A DNA stretch of 64,000 bases from Alphaproteobacteria bacterium (GTDB lineage: Bacteria; Pseudomonadota; Alphaproteobacteria; Rhizobiales; Beijerinckiaceae). Below, piece after piece: positions 10,210-20,185 of this stretch (position 1 is the stretch's first letter; each line of letters opens with the position of its first letter). The stretch covers positions 31,678 to 95,677 of the forward strand of contig JBAXQM010000008.1 of NCBI GenBank assembly GCA_037131735.1, read 5' to 3'. A program made the position numbers and the translations under genes. The notes under the pieces were generated by a model. The model saw only the letters and a program-made list of their open reading frames with translations, had not been told where the DNA came from and ran no database searches.

Positions 10210-11961
10210 ATGATGAAATACGTCCCCTTTTCGATTTTGTCAGGCCCCCGACGCTGTGCGGGAGTGGCCGCGTTTGCTGCGCGCAGTTTGGTTGTGAGCA
10301 GTCTCATCGGCGCATCAATGATCGCACCGCAAAGCGCGCGCGCGGATACAGACTTTGCGGCTTCGCTGTCTGGCAATTATCTCGCGGCCCTTGTCGCGGG
10401 GCTTTCAAATGATCCGTCTTCGGCCTCACGTTTCTATTCTGAATCAATCAAATTTGACCCGCGTAGCGCCGATCTTGCCGAGCGCGCTTTTGTAACGCTC
10501 CTTGCCGAAGGTAAGATGACCGAAGCGTTGCCTCTGGCAGACACCGTTGCCAAACGCAATTCAGGCAGCGGGATTGCACGCCTTGCTCAAGGCGTGCGCG
10601 CGATCAAAGATAAAAACTATCAAAATGCACGCAGCATTGTTCGGCGCGGTGATCGCGCCCAATCAAGCGACATCACTGCTGATCTCATTATCGCGTGGAG
10701 CTGGCTTGGCAGTGGCAATGTGAAACGCGCTTTTGAGACGGTTGATCGCATACCGGATGAACCTGGTGGTCGTATTTTTAAACTCTTGCATCGCGGCCTC
10801 ATCGCGAAAGTCGGTGGTAAACCTGATGAAGCCCGCAAATCCTTGAAGGCAGCCTATGAAGGCGATCCTCAATCGCTAAGGACCGCTGATCTCTATGCGC
10901 AATTTCTAATTTCGCAACGCGAGAGTGATGAAGCGCTTTCGATTTATCGCCGGATGAAATTGCTTTATCCGCGTCACCCCGTTCTTCGGGTTGCGATTGC
11001 ACAACTTGAATCCGGCAAACAACCAGATGACGAAATTCGCGATGAAAGCGATGGCATCGCCGAAGTCCTCTACGGATTAGGCAGCACCGTGACGCGTGAT
11101 GGCGATGAATTAGCGTCGCTTATTTATTTGCGTCTCGCACATTATTTGTCGCCTAATCATAATCTCGCAGCGATTGCGATTGCTGATACTTATGAGCGCT
11201 TAAAACAACCGCAATCGGCCAATAGTGCCTATGCCCTGGTTGAAGCAAACTCACCCCTGCGTCTCACCGCCGATGTTCAACGCGCCCTCAATCTCGAGCA
11301 ACTCGGTGAAAAGGATGAAGCGGTTACTCTATTGAAAGCCGCTGCTGCGAAAGCGAAAGACGAGATTGAACCTCTGATTGCGCTCGGCAATATTTATCGG
11401 GCGCGTAAAGTTTTTGCCGAGGCCGCTGAAATTTATTCTACCGCCATTACCGCATTAGGACAGCCGACACCTGGCCATTGGAGCCTCTTTTACTCGCGCG
11501 GCATAGCCTTTGAACGTTTGAAGCGCTGGCCGGAAGCGGAAGCCGATTTCAGAAAAGCACTTGAACTTTCACCCGATCAACCTTTGGTGCTGAATTATCT
11601 CGGCTATTCATGGGTTGAACAAAACACCAATCTCGATGAGGCGTTCAAAATGCTTCGTCGTGCCGTCGATCAGCAACCGACTGATGGCTATATCGTTGAC
11701 AGTCTCGGCTGGGCCTATTTCCGTTTAGGGCAATATGACAAAGCGCTGCAATTGATGGAAAAAGCGGTTGATCTCAAAGCTGCCGATCCGACCATCAATG
11801 ATCATCTCGGTGATGTGTATTGGCGTTTGGGCCGCGAGCTTGAAGCGCGTTTTCAATGGAACCATGCGCGCGATCTCAATCCCGAGCCGGAAGATCTGGC
11901 AAAGATTCTTGAAAAGATTGAAAAGGGATTGCCGCCGCTCACCACGGGTTCAGGTGGTTAA
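10210..11961 (+). CDS. Secreted tetratricopeptide-repeat (TPR) protein
   Basis: N-terminal signal-like segment ending in ...APQSARA, then repeated TPR-like A/L/Y-rich units (e.g. GHWSLFYSRGIAFERLKRWPEAEADFRKALELSPDQP). Start is uncertain (GTG 10162 or ATG 10210). Confidence 0.8.
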   Translation: MMKYVPFSILSGPRRCAGVAAFAARSLVVSSLIGASMIAPQSARADTDFAASLSGNYLAALVAGLSNDPSSASRFYSESIKFDPRSADLAERAFVTLLAEGKMTEALPLADTVAKRNSGSGIARLAQGVRAIKDKNYQNARSIVRRGDRAQSSDITADLIIAWSWLGSGNVKRAFETVDRIPDEPGGRIFKLLHRGLIAKVGGKPDEARKSLKAAYEGDPQSLRTADLYAQFLISQRESDEALSIYRRMKLLYPRHPVLRVAIAQLESGKQPDDEIRDESDGIAEVLYGLGSTVTRDGDELASLIYLRLAHYLSPNHNLAAIAIADTYERLKQPQSANSAYALVEANSPLRLTADVQRALNLEQLGEKDEAVTLLKAAAAKAKDEIEPLIALGNIYRARKVFAEAAEIYSTAITALGQPTPGHWSLFYSRGIAFERLKRWPEAEADFRKALELSPDQPLVLNYLGYSWVEQNTNLDEAFKMLRRAVDQQPTDGYIVDSLGWAYFRLGQYDKALQLMEKAVDLKAADPTINDHLGDVYWRLGRELEARFQWNHARDLNPEPEDLAKILEKIEKGLPPLTTGSGG

Positions 11962-11967
11962 GATCCG

Positions 11968-12843
11968 ATGGCATGGGTTGGCAAAGCGCGCGCGCGCGCA
12001 AAGATCAATCTGACCCTTCACATTCTCGGCCGTCGTGATGATGGCTATCATGATCTCGAAAGTCTTGTAACCTTCGCGGCGCTTGGCGATGAGCTTACGC
12101 TTGTTGAAGGTCCTACGCTTTCGCTTTCACTATCAGGCCCGCAAGCACACGCACTCACAGCCGATGATGATAATCACATTCTGAAAGCGACGCGGGAATT
12201 GCAAGCGCGCGTCAAAGATCTTCGTGTCGGCAAATTTCATCTCATTAAGACATTGCCACTCGCTTCCGGCATGGGCGGCGGCTCTGCTGATGCGGCCGCC
12301 GCGTTGCGGTTGCTCGCGAAACTCAACCATCTTTCACTTGATGATCACCGTGTGATGGACGCGGCCAAAGCGACCGGTGCGGATGTGCCCGTCTGCGTTG
12401 AAAGTCGGCCCCGCATCATGCGCGGTATCGGCGAAAGACTCGATACCCCTCTTATTCTGCCGCGTCTTTTTGCAGTGCTGGTAAATCCCCACAAGACCAG
12501 TGCGACACCGGAAGTCTTTGCAAAAATCGGTTTGGCGCGTGGTGAAACATCGCGCTTGCCGATTCATCCCGTCTTCACAGCGGCGATGACAGAAGAGGCC
12601 CTCCTTGCCGCTCTCGCTGAAGGCCGCAATGATATGGAAGAGGCCGCCATCGCGCTGCAACCCGCGATCGATCAGGTACGCCGCGCTCTGGTCACCCTAC
12701 CCGCTTATCGCCTCGTGCGCATGTCAGGCTCGGGCGCGACGGTCTTTGGCCTCTTCCCCTCGTGCCGCGCTGCCGCGCACGCCGCAAAGCATTTGAAAGC
12801 GGCACATCCGGAGTGGTGGATCAAACCGACTTTGTTTGGATGA
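11968..12843 (+). CDS. ispE: 4-diphosphocytidyl-2-C-methyl-D-erythritol kinase
   Basis: GHMP kinase motif PLASGMGGGSADAAA and an N-terminal AKINLTLHILGRRDDGYH. Confidence 0.93.
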   Translation: MAWVGKARARAKINLTLHILGRRDDGYHDLESLVTFAALGDELTLVEGPTLSLSLSGPQAHALTADDDNHILKATRELQARVKDLRVGKFHLIKTLPLASGMGGGSADAAAALRLLAKLNHLSLDDHRVMDAAKATGADVPVCVESRPRIMRGIGERLDTPLILPRLFAVLVNPHKTSATPEVFAKIGLARGETSRLPIHPVFTAAMTEEALLAALAEGRNDMEEAAIALQPAIDQVRRALVTLPAYRLVRMSGSGATVFGLFPSCRAAAHAAKHLKAAHPEWWIKPTLFG

Positions 12844-12956
12844 GTCTCACGCCTTTAGGGAAAGCCCGGCCTTGACCAGGAAAAGCGCGGACCATACGGT
12901 GCCCGCGATTTTCCCGCCCTGCTTTTCATGCGCCCTTGCACTCAGTTTGAAATGCC

Positions 12957-13883
12957 ATGACCAACGCTTTGAATCCAAAAACGTCCTTTCAGGCCCTGAT
13001 TTTGACGCTCAATCGTTTTTGGGCGGAACAAGGCTGCGTGGTTTTGCAGCCTTACGACATGGAAGTCGGCGCGGGCACGTTTCATCCGGCAACAACTTTG
13101 CGGGCCTTGGGACCAAAGCCCTGGCGCGCGGCTTATGTGCAACCCTCTCGCCGCCCGAAAGACGGTCGCTATGGCGAGAACCCGAACCGGTTGCAGCATT
13201 ACTATCAATATCAAGTGATCATGAAGCCCTCGCCTTCCAATTTGCAGGATCTCTATCTGCGTTCACTCTATGCGATCGGCATCGATCTGGAATTACATGA
13301 CATTCGTTTTGTTGAAGATGATTGGGAAAGCCCGACACTCGGTGCGTGGGGTCTTGGCTGGGAATGCTGGTGCGACGGCATGGAAGTCAGCCAATTCACT
13401 TACTTTCAGCAAGTGGCCGGTGTCGAATGTTCTCCTGTTGCCGGCGAACTCACTTATGGTCTCGAACGTCTCGCCATGTATGTGCAAGGCGTCGAGAATG
13501 TTTATGATTTGAATTTCAACGGCCTCGATGGCGATGACCGCATCTCTTATGGCGATGTGTTCTTGCAGGCCGAGCAAGAATATTCACGGCATAATTTTGA
13601 AGCCGCGAATACAGAGATGCTCGCGCAGCATTTCAAAGATGCCGAAGCCGAATGCAAAGCCTTGCTTGAGTTTGGCAACCCATCGTCGGGCGCGAATGAC
13701 CAACGCCATAAAATGGCACTGCCTGCTTATGACCAATGCATCAAAGCCAGCCACCTTTTTAATCTTCTCGATGCGCGCGGTGTGATCTCTGTAACCGAAC
13801 GACAGAGCTATATTTTCCGCGTGCGTGAATTGGCGAAAGCCTGCGGCGAAGCCTGGTTGAAAACAGAAGGCGGCGGCGCCTGA
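12957..13883 (+). CDS. glyQ: Glycine--tRNA ligase alpha subunit
   Basis: Highly conserved [36 protein letters not shown]…[23 protein letters not shown]. Confidence 0.97.
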   Translation: MTNALNPKTSFQALILTLNRFWAEQGCVVLQPYDMEVGAGTFHPATTLRALGPKPWRAAYVQPSRRPKDGRYGENPNRLQHYYQYQVIMKPSPSNLQDLYLRSLYAIGIDLELHDIRFVEDDWESPTLGAWGLGWECWCDGMEVSQFTYFQQVAGVECSPVAGELTYGLERLAMYVQGVENVYDLNFNGLDGDDRISYGDVFLQAEQEYSRHNFEAANTEMLAQHFKDAEAECKALLEFGNPSSGANDQRHKMALPAYDQCIKASHLFNLLDARGVISVTERQSYIFRVRELAKACGEAWLKTEGGGA

Positions 13884-13938
13884 CAAGCCGCATGCAATAA
13901 CACTCAACTATCATTTTAGAAAAAAGGGAAACAGAATC

Positions 13939-14178
13939 ATGACCGCTCCCCACATTGCTGCCAAAGCGCCGATGCCTGTCGATGTTAAAGCCGGTGAAAC
14001 CTATTTCTGGTGCTCCTGCGGCCAATCGAAAAATCAACCCTTCTGTGATGGCTCGCATAAGGGCACGTCTTTCGCCCCGATGAAATGGACAGTAGAGGAA
14101 GATAAGAAAGCATTTTTCTGCGCCTGCAAACATTCGAAGAATTCACCGCTCTGCGATGGGTCGCATAAAGCGCTTTGA
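13939..14178 (+). CDS. CDGSH-type iron-sulfur domain protein (two CDGSH motifs)
   Basis: 79 aa with two copies of C-x-C-x8/9-C-D-G-S-H (WCSCGQSKNQPFCDGSH and FCACKHSKNSPLCDGSH). Confidence 0.88.
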   Translation: MTAPHIAAKAPMPVDVKAGETYFWCSCGQSKNQPFCDGSHKGTSFAPMKWTVEEDKKAFFCACKHSKNSPLCDGSHKAL

Positions 14179-14223
14179 TTGAAATCATCCTCTTAATTTA
14201 AAAACTACGCGAGACCTGACGCG

Positions 14224-16509
14224 ATGCCTGATTTGCTGCTTGAACTCTTCTCGGAAGAAATTCCCGCCCGTATGCAACGGCGCGCGGCCGAGGATTTGAA
14301 AACGGCAGTCACCGATGCGTTGGTCGAACGCGGTTGCGCTTATGAAGCAGCGTTAGCATTCGCGACACCGCGTCGTCTTGCCTTGCATATTGTCGGCCTC
14401 CCCGCGCGCCAACCTGACCTTAAAGAAGAAAAAAAAGGCCCGCGCGTGGGGGCGCCTCAACAAGCGATTGACGGATTCTTGAAAGGCGCAGGATTGAATG
14501 ATCTGTCGCAAGCGACCATTCAATCCGATCCCAAAAAAGGTGATTTTTATATTGCTATTGTCGAGCGTAAAGGCAGCGCCACACAAGACGTGATCGCTGA
14601 GATCATGCCTGACATCATCAAGACCTTCCCGTGGCCGAAAAGCATGCGCTGGGGTAAATCATCAGCGCAGCCTAATGCGCTGCGGTGGGTGCGTCCGCTG
14701 CATTCGATCATCTGCACCTTTGGCAGTGAAACGGAAACACCAGAAGTCGTGCACTTCGAAATCGATGGCATTAAAGCGGGTGACATCACCTATGGCCACC
14801 GCTTTTTGGCGCCCGGCCCGATCCATGTGCGGCGCTTCGATGACTATGTGTCGAAGCTCGAAGCCGCAAAGGTTGTTCTCTCAACCGATCGTCGCAAAGA
14901 CATCATCTTGCATGACGCCAAGAGCCTCGCTTTTGCGCAAGGACTCGAACTTGTCGAAGATGAGGTCTTGCTTGAAGAAGTCGCAGGCCTTGTTGAATGG
15001 CCAACTGTTCTTATGGGTTCTTTTGAAGAGCGCTTCCTGGATATTCCGCCGGAAGTGATCCGCGCGACGATTCGCGCCAATCAAAAATGTTTTGTGCTCA
15101 GGAAATCAGGCTCAAACGCGCTCGCGAATAAATTTCTCCTTACCTCCAATATGATTGCGAAAGATGATGGCGCAACCATCATCAGCGGCAATGAAAAAGT
15201 TGTGCGCGCGCGCTTATCGGATGCGAAATTTTTCTGGGAGACCGATCTCAAGGTAAAACTTGAAGATCGTCTTGAGAAATTAAAATCAATCACCTTCCAC
15301 GCCAAACTTGGCACACAGCATCAACGCGTTGAGCGTCTTGTGGCGCTTGCAAAAAAACTCGCGCCGCTTGTCAAAGCTGATGTGAACAAAGCCGAACGCG
15401 CCGCACTTCTCTGCAAAGCGGACCTTGTGTCTGACATGGTTGGCGAGTTTCCGGAAGTCCAAGGCTTGATGGGTCGCTATTACGCAACGCGGCAAGGCGA
15501 AGACGCAAGCGTAGCAATTGCATTGGAAGATCACTACAAACCGCAAGGCCCGAGTGATCGCATTCCGACCGATCCTGTTGCTATCGCCGTTGCGCTTGCT
15601 GACAAGATCGATACGCTTGTGGGCTTCTGGGCCATTGATGAAAAGCCGACAGGATCGAAAGATCCTTATGCGCTGCGTAGAGCTGCGTTGGGTGTTGTGC
15701 GGTTGATTTTAGAAAATGAAATTCAAATCGAATTATGTTTATCTGTATCGATAGCTTTCGAAAAATCTATTTTTGACGTGCGCCAAATTATACTCGGGCA
15801 AATGAAAGAAAATGAAAGAAAGCTTGAACAAGAGTTAGAACGATCACAATCTTTACCATTTTCTGTTGGAGATCAACAGGCGGCATTGGCCGATGGATAC
15901 CTTCAGATACAGCGAAAAAAAATTGATGAGTTCTTCAAAACCGAGGAGTCTTGGACAGATTCAAAAAGGACCCAAGTATTGGCAGACCTCCTCGCCTTCT
16001 TCCATGATCGCCTTAAAGTCTATCTCCGCGACAAGGGCGCGCGGCATGATTTGATTGATGCCGTGCTTGGTGTCGACGCGGGCAATGATGATTTGTTGCT
16101 CGTCGTTAAACGCGTGGAAGCGCTTGATGCTTTGCTTGCGACGGATGATGGCAAAAATCTTCTCGCCGGCTTCCGCCGCGCGGCGAATATTCTCAAAGCC
16201 GAAGAGAAGAAAGACGGCGTGACCTATTCAGGCACCATCAATGCCGCGCTTTTGAAAGAGCCGCAGGAAAAAGCGCTCGGTGACATTCTGGGAGTCGCGT
16301 CACGCCATGCGGCGGACCATGTGAAGAAACAGGACTTCTCCGGTGCGATGCGTGAACTCGCGCAATTGCGTCCCGCCGTTGACGCGTTTTTCGAAGCGAT
16401 CCTCGTGAATGCGGAAGACGCCGCCACGCGCAAAAACCGCCTCGCTCTGCTCGCGGCCTTCCGTGACGCCACGCGCACCGTTGCGGATTTCTCGGCCATC
16501 GCGGGATAA
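14224..16509 (+). CDS. glyS: Glycine--tRNA ligase beta subunit (carries an extra AT-rich segment)
   Basis: 761 aa. N-terminal [15 protein letters not shown], a central [13 protein letters not shown] and [19 protein letters not shown], and a C-terminal anticodon-binding region. Confidence 0.95.
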   Translation: MPDLLLELFSEEIPARMQRRAAEDLKTAVTDALVERGCAYEAALAFATPRRLALHIVGLPARQPDLKEEKKGPRVGAPQQAIDGFLKGAGLNDLSQATIQSDPKKGDFYIAIVERKGSATQDVIAEIMPDIIKTFPWPKSMRWGKSSAQPNALRWVRPLHSIICTFGSETETPEVVHFEIDGIKAGDITYGHRFLAPGPIHVRRFDDYVSKLEAAKVVLSTDRRKDIILHDAKSLAFAQGLELVEDEVLLEEVAGLVEWPTVLMGSFEERFLDIPPEVIRATIRANQKCFVLRKSGSNALANKFLLTSNMIAKDDGATIISGNEKVVRARLSDAKFFWETDLKVKLEDRLEKLKSITFHAKLGTQHQRVERLVALAKKLAPLVKADVNKAERAALLCKADLVSDMVGEFPEVQGLMGRYYATRQGEDASVAIALEDHYKPQGPSDRIPTDPVAIAVALADKIDTLVGFWAIDEKPTGSKDPYALRRAALGVVRLILENEIQIELCLSVSIAFEKSIFDVRQIILGQMKENERKLEQELERSQSLPFSVGDQQAALADGYLQIQRKKIDEFFKTEESWTDSKRTQVLADLLAFFHDRLKVYLRDKGARHDLIDAVLGVDAGNDDLLLVVKRVEALDALLATDDGKNLLAGFRRAANILKAEEKKDGVTYSGTINAALLKEPQEKALGDILGVASRHAADHVKKQDFSGAMRELAQLRPAVDAFFEAILVNAEDAATRKNRLALLAAFRDATRTVADFSAIAG

Positions 16510-16606
16510 GACAGGCCCAAGTGGCCTGCAGAAGCGCGACCTCAGCTTTGTGATCTTCGCATCACTTCTGACTCGTCAACCGTGCTCGCAAAGAGTATAA
16601 TGCTTT

Positions 16607-16621
16607 TGCTCAGATTGAGCA
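16607..16621. promoter_or_regulatory. Palindrome TGCTCAGATTGAGCA, candidate NadQ operator (distal)
   Basis: Perfect 6+6 inverted repeat in the nadA upstream region. It shares the GCTC-N5-GAGC core with the proximal site. Confidence 0.5.
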
Positions 16622-16658
16622 TTTATCCGGTCTTTGGGCCGGTTTCTTTGGTCCTAAA

Positions 16659-16679
16659 TTATGCTCGTTTTGAGCATAA
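16659..16679. promoter_or_regulatory. Palindrome TTATGCTC-N5-GAGCATAA, candidate NadQ operator (proximal)
   Basis: Perfect 8+8 inverted repeat ending 12 nt before the nadA ATG, just upstream of the GGGAGAG ribosome-binding site. Confidence 0.6.
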
Positions 16680-16691
16680 AGGGAGAGCCTG

Positions 16692-17774
16692 ATGAGCCTC
16701 GCCTCCGTATCTGTCGCGTCGAATTCGACCGTCTCACCCGCCGCCTGCCCGGTTCCGGGCGTTGCACTGCGTGAACGTCCGACGCTTGAATGGACGCCCG
16801 CGATTGAGCGCGAGACCGCGCCAATTTATGCACGCGTGCAGCATGTCATTCCACCCGTCGAGTGGCCCTTCCATGCGCCTTATATCTCGGCGATCAACCG
16901 GCTGAAGAAAGAACGCAACGCGGTCATTCTCGCACATAATTATCAGACGCCGGAAATTTTCCATGGCGTCGCCGATATTGTTGGCGACTCCTTGCAGCTC
17001 GCCAAAAAGGCCACCGAGGTTGATGCCGATATCATCGTGCAATGCGGCGTGCATTTCATGGCGGAGACATCGAAGCTTCTTAATCCCGAGAAGATGGTTC
17101 TGATCCCAGATTCAAAAGCGGGCTGCTCGCTCGCCGCCTCGATCACAGGCGCGGATGTGCGGCTGTTGAAACAGCGTTATCCCGGCGTGCCGGTTGTGAC
17201 TTATGTGAACTCGTCCGCCGATGTGAAAGCCGAAACCGATATTTGCTGCACCTCATCCAATGCCGTGCAAGTTGTTGAGAGTCTCGGCGTTGATCGCGTG
17301 ATCTTTTTGCCCGATGAATATCTCGGCAAATATGTTGCGACCAAGACTGACGTAAAGCTCATTCTCTGGAAGGGTCATTGCGAAGTGCATGAGCGCTTCA
17401 CAGGCCAAGAGCTCCGCGCCTATCGCGAAGCGGATCCCTCAATCGAAATCATCGCGCATCCCGAATGTCCGCCTGATGTGATTGCCGAAGCGGATTTCAC
17501 CGGATCAACCGCACATATGATCGATTGGGTGAAAAAAGGCACGCATCGCAAAGTGCTGATGGTCACCGAATGTTCGATGGCGTCGAATGTCGCCTCTGAA
17601 GCGCCGCATGTTGATTTCATCCGGCCCTGCAATCTCTGCCCGCATATGAAGCGCATCACGCTGCCAAAAATTCTCGCCAGTCTTCTGACTCTTTCAGAAG
17701 AAGTGACGATTGATCCTGCCATTGCGGATCGCGCGCGTCTGTCGGTTGAACGCATGATCGCTTTGGGACGTTAA
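16692..17774 (+). CDS. nadA: Quinolinate synthase
   Basis: 360 aa with ILAHNYQ…VGDSL…HFMAET…VTYVNSSA…HPECP motifs. It is the first gene of nadABC. Confidence 0.95.
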   Translation: MSLASVSVASNSTVSPAACPVPGVALRERPTLEWTPAIERETAPIYARVQHVIPPVEWPFHAPYISAINRLKKERNAVILAHNYQTPEIFHGVADIVGDSLQLAKKATEVDADIIVQCGVHFMAETSKLLNPEKMVLIPDSKAGCSLAASITGADVRLLKQRYPGVPVVTYVNSSADVKAETDICCTSSNAVQVVESLGVDRVIFLPDEYLGKYVATKTDVKLILWKGHCEVHERFTGQELRAYREADPSIEIIAHPECPPDVIAEADFTGSTAHMIDWVKKGTHRKVLMVTECSMASNVASEAPHVDFIRPCNLCPHMKRITLPKILASLLTLSEEVTIDPAIADRARLSVERMIALGR

Positions 17775-17781
17775 CACGATC

Positions 17782-19314
17782 ATGTCCGCCTCTGTCATCA
17801 TTGTCGGCGGCGGACTCGCAGGTCTTTTCACTGCTTTAAAACTCGCGCCGCGTCCGGTCACGGTCCTTGCGGCAGCACCGCTCGGCGCAGGTGCATCATC
17901 CGCATGGGCGCAAGGCGGCATTGCGGCTGCCATGGCCGAAGGCGACACGCCTGAGCAACACACCGCCGATACGATTGCGGCTGGCGGCGGCATTGTTGAT
18001 GAAGCCATTGTGCTCGGCATGGCGCGCGAAGCGGGCGATCGCGTCCGCGATCTCCTCTCTTATGGCGTGCCTTTTGATCGCGATCTCGAAGGCCATCTCA
18101 TCCAATCACGTGAAGCCGCGCATTCAACGCATCGCATCGTGCGCGTGCGCGGCGATATGGCGGGTGCCGCGATTATGGCGGCACTCATTGAAGCGGTGCG
18201 CAACACACCCTCCATCACCGTGCATGAAAATATTCATGGTGAGTCACTCATCATGAAAGATGGCCGCGTGAGTGGAGTCGTCGCACGCGATCAGGATCAT
18301 CGCCGTCTCAACTATCATGCCAGCGACGTTGTGCTCGCCACAGGTGGTATCGGTCACCTTTATGCGGTGACAACTAATCCGGTTGAATCATCCGCCATCG
18401 GTATCGCAATGGCCACGAAAGCAGGCGCTGTGATTGCTGATGCGGAATTTGTGCAATTCCATCCCACCGCGATTGCGATTGGTCGCGACCCTGCTCCGCT
18501 TGCCACAGAAGCGTTGCGCGGTGAAGGCGCAACGCTCATCAACAAAGCGGGCGTACGTTTTATGACCTCACTTCACAAAGATGCAGAGCTTGCCCCGCGC
18601 GATCTTGTGGCACGCGGTGTGTTCAGCGAACTCATGGCCGGTCGTGGAGCTTTTCTTGATTGCCGCGAGGCGATTGGTTCGCGCTTTGCTGAGATGTTTC
18701 CGACCGTTTATGCAACGTGCCAATCCGTCGGCATTGATCCCGCAACCTCACTCATTCCGATTGCGCCGGCTGAACATTATCACATGGGCGGCGTCATGAC
18801 CGATGCTGAAGGCCGCACGAGTCTTGCCGGGCTTTGGGCGGTGGGTGAAGTAGCATCAACCGGTGTGCATGGCGCCAATCGCTTAGCGTCGAATTCTCTT
18901 CTTGAAGCGGTCGTGTTCGCGGCCCGTGTTGCACAGTCTCTCCCCGCAGAGATGAGCCCTGTTGCAACACCAAGTATAACGACAGATCATACGCCTGCTT
19001 TTATCGATGAAGACCAGCTGGGAATCTTGCGCGAAACCATGACCGATCATGTCGGAGTTATTCGCAACAAGATCGGCCTTGAAACCGCACTCTGGACTCT
19101 CGCGGATCTCGCGGCGCATGCTGAGACGGCACAATTGAAATCCATGGCGGAAGCAGCCTTGTTAATTGCCGTCGCTGCGCATCAAAGACAGGAAAGTCGC
19201 GGCGGTCATTATCGCGAAGATTTTGCAAAGAGTGATCCCGCGCGCGCAAAACGTTCGCATCTGACTTTTAAAGAGATGCAATCCTATACACACGCGATCA
19301 TCGGAACCCCATGA
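17782..19314 (+). CDS. nadB: L-aspartate oxidase
   Basis: N-terminal FAD-binding fold [11 protein letters not shown]. Also FVQFHPTA…EALRGEGA and a C-terminal [10 protein letters not shown]. Confidence 0.95.
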   Translation: MSASVIIVGGGLAGLFTALKLAPRPVTVLAAAPLGAGASSAWAQGGIAAAMAEGDTPEQHTADTIAAGGGIVDEAIVLGMAREAGDRVRDLLSYGVPFDRDLEGHLIQSREAAHSTHRIVRVRGDMAGAAIMAALIEAVRNTPSITVHENIHGESLIMKDGRVSGVVARDQDHRRLNYHASDVVLATGGIGHLYAVTTNPVESSAIGIAMATKAGAVIADAEFVQFHPTAIAIGRDPAPLATEALRGEGATLINKAGVRFMTSLHKDAELAPRDLVARGVFSELMAGRGAFLDCREAIGSRFAEMFPTVYATCQSVGIDPATSLIPIAPAEHYHMGGVMTDAEGRTSLAGLWAVGEVASTGVHGANRLASNSLLEAVVFAARVAQSLPAEMSPVATPSITTDHTPAFIDEDQLGILRETMTDHVGVIRNKIGLETALWTLADLAAHAETAQLKSMAEAALLIAVAAHQRQESRGGHYREDFAKSDPARAKRSHLTFKEMQSYTHAIIGTP

Positions 19315-20171
19315 TGACAAACCTTCCGCCGCTCAATCCGCTTCTGATTGAAGAGATCATCGACCGCACCTTGGCGGAAGATTTGGGCCGCGCCGGTGAT
19401 ATCACGACGTTCGCCACTATTCCGGCTGCAGCACGGGCGCGTGCTGTGATTGCGGCACGTGAAGCGGGTGTCGTCGCCGGAAGCGATCTTGCTATCGCCG
19501 CGTTCCGCCGCATGGATCAGACGATCCGTTTCGATACGCATCTTCCGGATGGCACGTCGATTAATTCAGGCGATGTCGCGCTGGCTATTGAAGGGCCTGC
19601 GCGCGCAATTTTATCTGCCGAGCGCACCGCATTAAATTTCATGGGGCGGCTCTCCGGCATCGCTTCTCTCACCGCGCGCTATGTTGACGCGGTGAAACAC
19701 ACCAAAGCGCGCATTGTCTGCACGCGCAAAACAACACCAGGCCTCCGTGCGTTAGAAAAGCATGCCGTGCGCTGCGGGGGTGGATTTAATCATCGCTTCG
19801 GCCTTGATGATGCGATCCTCATTAAGGACAATCACATCGCGGTAGCAGGCGGTGTTGTTCCCGCACTACACGCGGCCAAAGCCTTCGCCGGTCATCTTGT
19901 CAAAATCGAGATTGAAGTTGATACGCTTGATCAACTCGACGAGGTGATCAAAGAAGGCGCTGATGTTGTGCTTCTCGACAATATGACGCCGGCACAATTG
20001 AAAGAGGCCGTCGTGCGCGTGAAGGGTCGCATGCTCACCGAAGCGTCTGGCGGTGTCACGCTTTCAAGCGTTGCCGCAATTGCGGAGAGCGGCGTCGATA
20101 TGATCTCGGTCGGCGCACTGACGCATTCAGCGAAGGTGCTCGATCTCGGTCTCGATATCGCGATCGACTAA
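19311..20171 (+). CDS. nadC: Nicotinate-nucleotide pyrophosphorylase (carboxylating)
   Basis: Contains ERTALNF…TRKTTPGLR…HRFGLDD…LIKDNH…LLDNM…SGG motifs. It overlaps the nadB stop by 4 nt (ATGA). Confidence 0.95.
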   Translation: MMTNLPPLNPLLIEEIIDRTLAEDLGRAGDITTFATIPAAARARAVIAAREAGVVAGSDLAIAAFRRMDQTIRFDTHLPDGTSINSGDVALAIEGPARAILSAERTALNFMGRLSGIASLTARYVDAVKHTKARIVCTRKTTPGLRALEKHAVRCGGGFNHRFGLDDAILIKDNHIAVAGGVVPALHAAKAFAGHLVKIEIEVDTLDQLDEVIKEGADVVLLDNMTPAQLKEAVVRVKGRMLTEASGGVTLSSVAAIAESGVDMISVGALTHSAKVLDLGLDIAID

Positions 20172-20185
20172 CGCGTCGATTGCTC

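Noticed and set aside
12836-13300. 154-aa ORF overlapping the 5' part of glyQ in another frame.
   Set aside because: It overlaps the highly conserved glyQ coding sequence. Its translation has no motifs and begins in the ispE stop region.
14431-14448. A8 homopolymer tracts in glyS (about 14440) and in the dnaJ-like gene (44639-44646), considered as phase-variation switches.
   Set aside because: They lie in essential or housekeeping genes where on/off switching is implausible. A-tracts of this length are common in Lys-rich coding segments.
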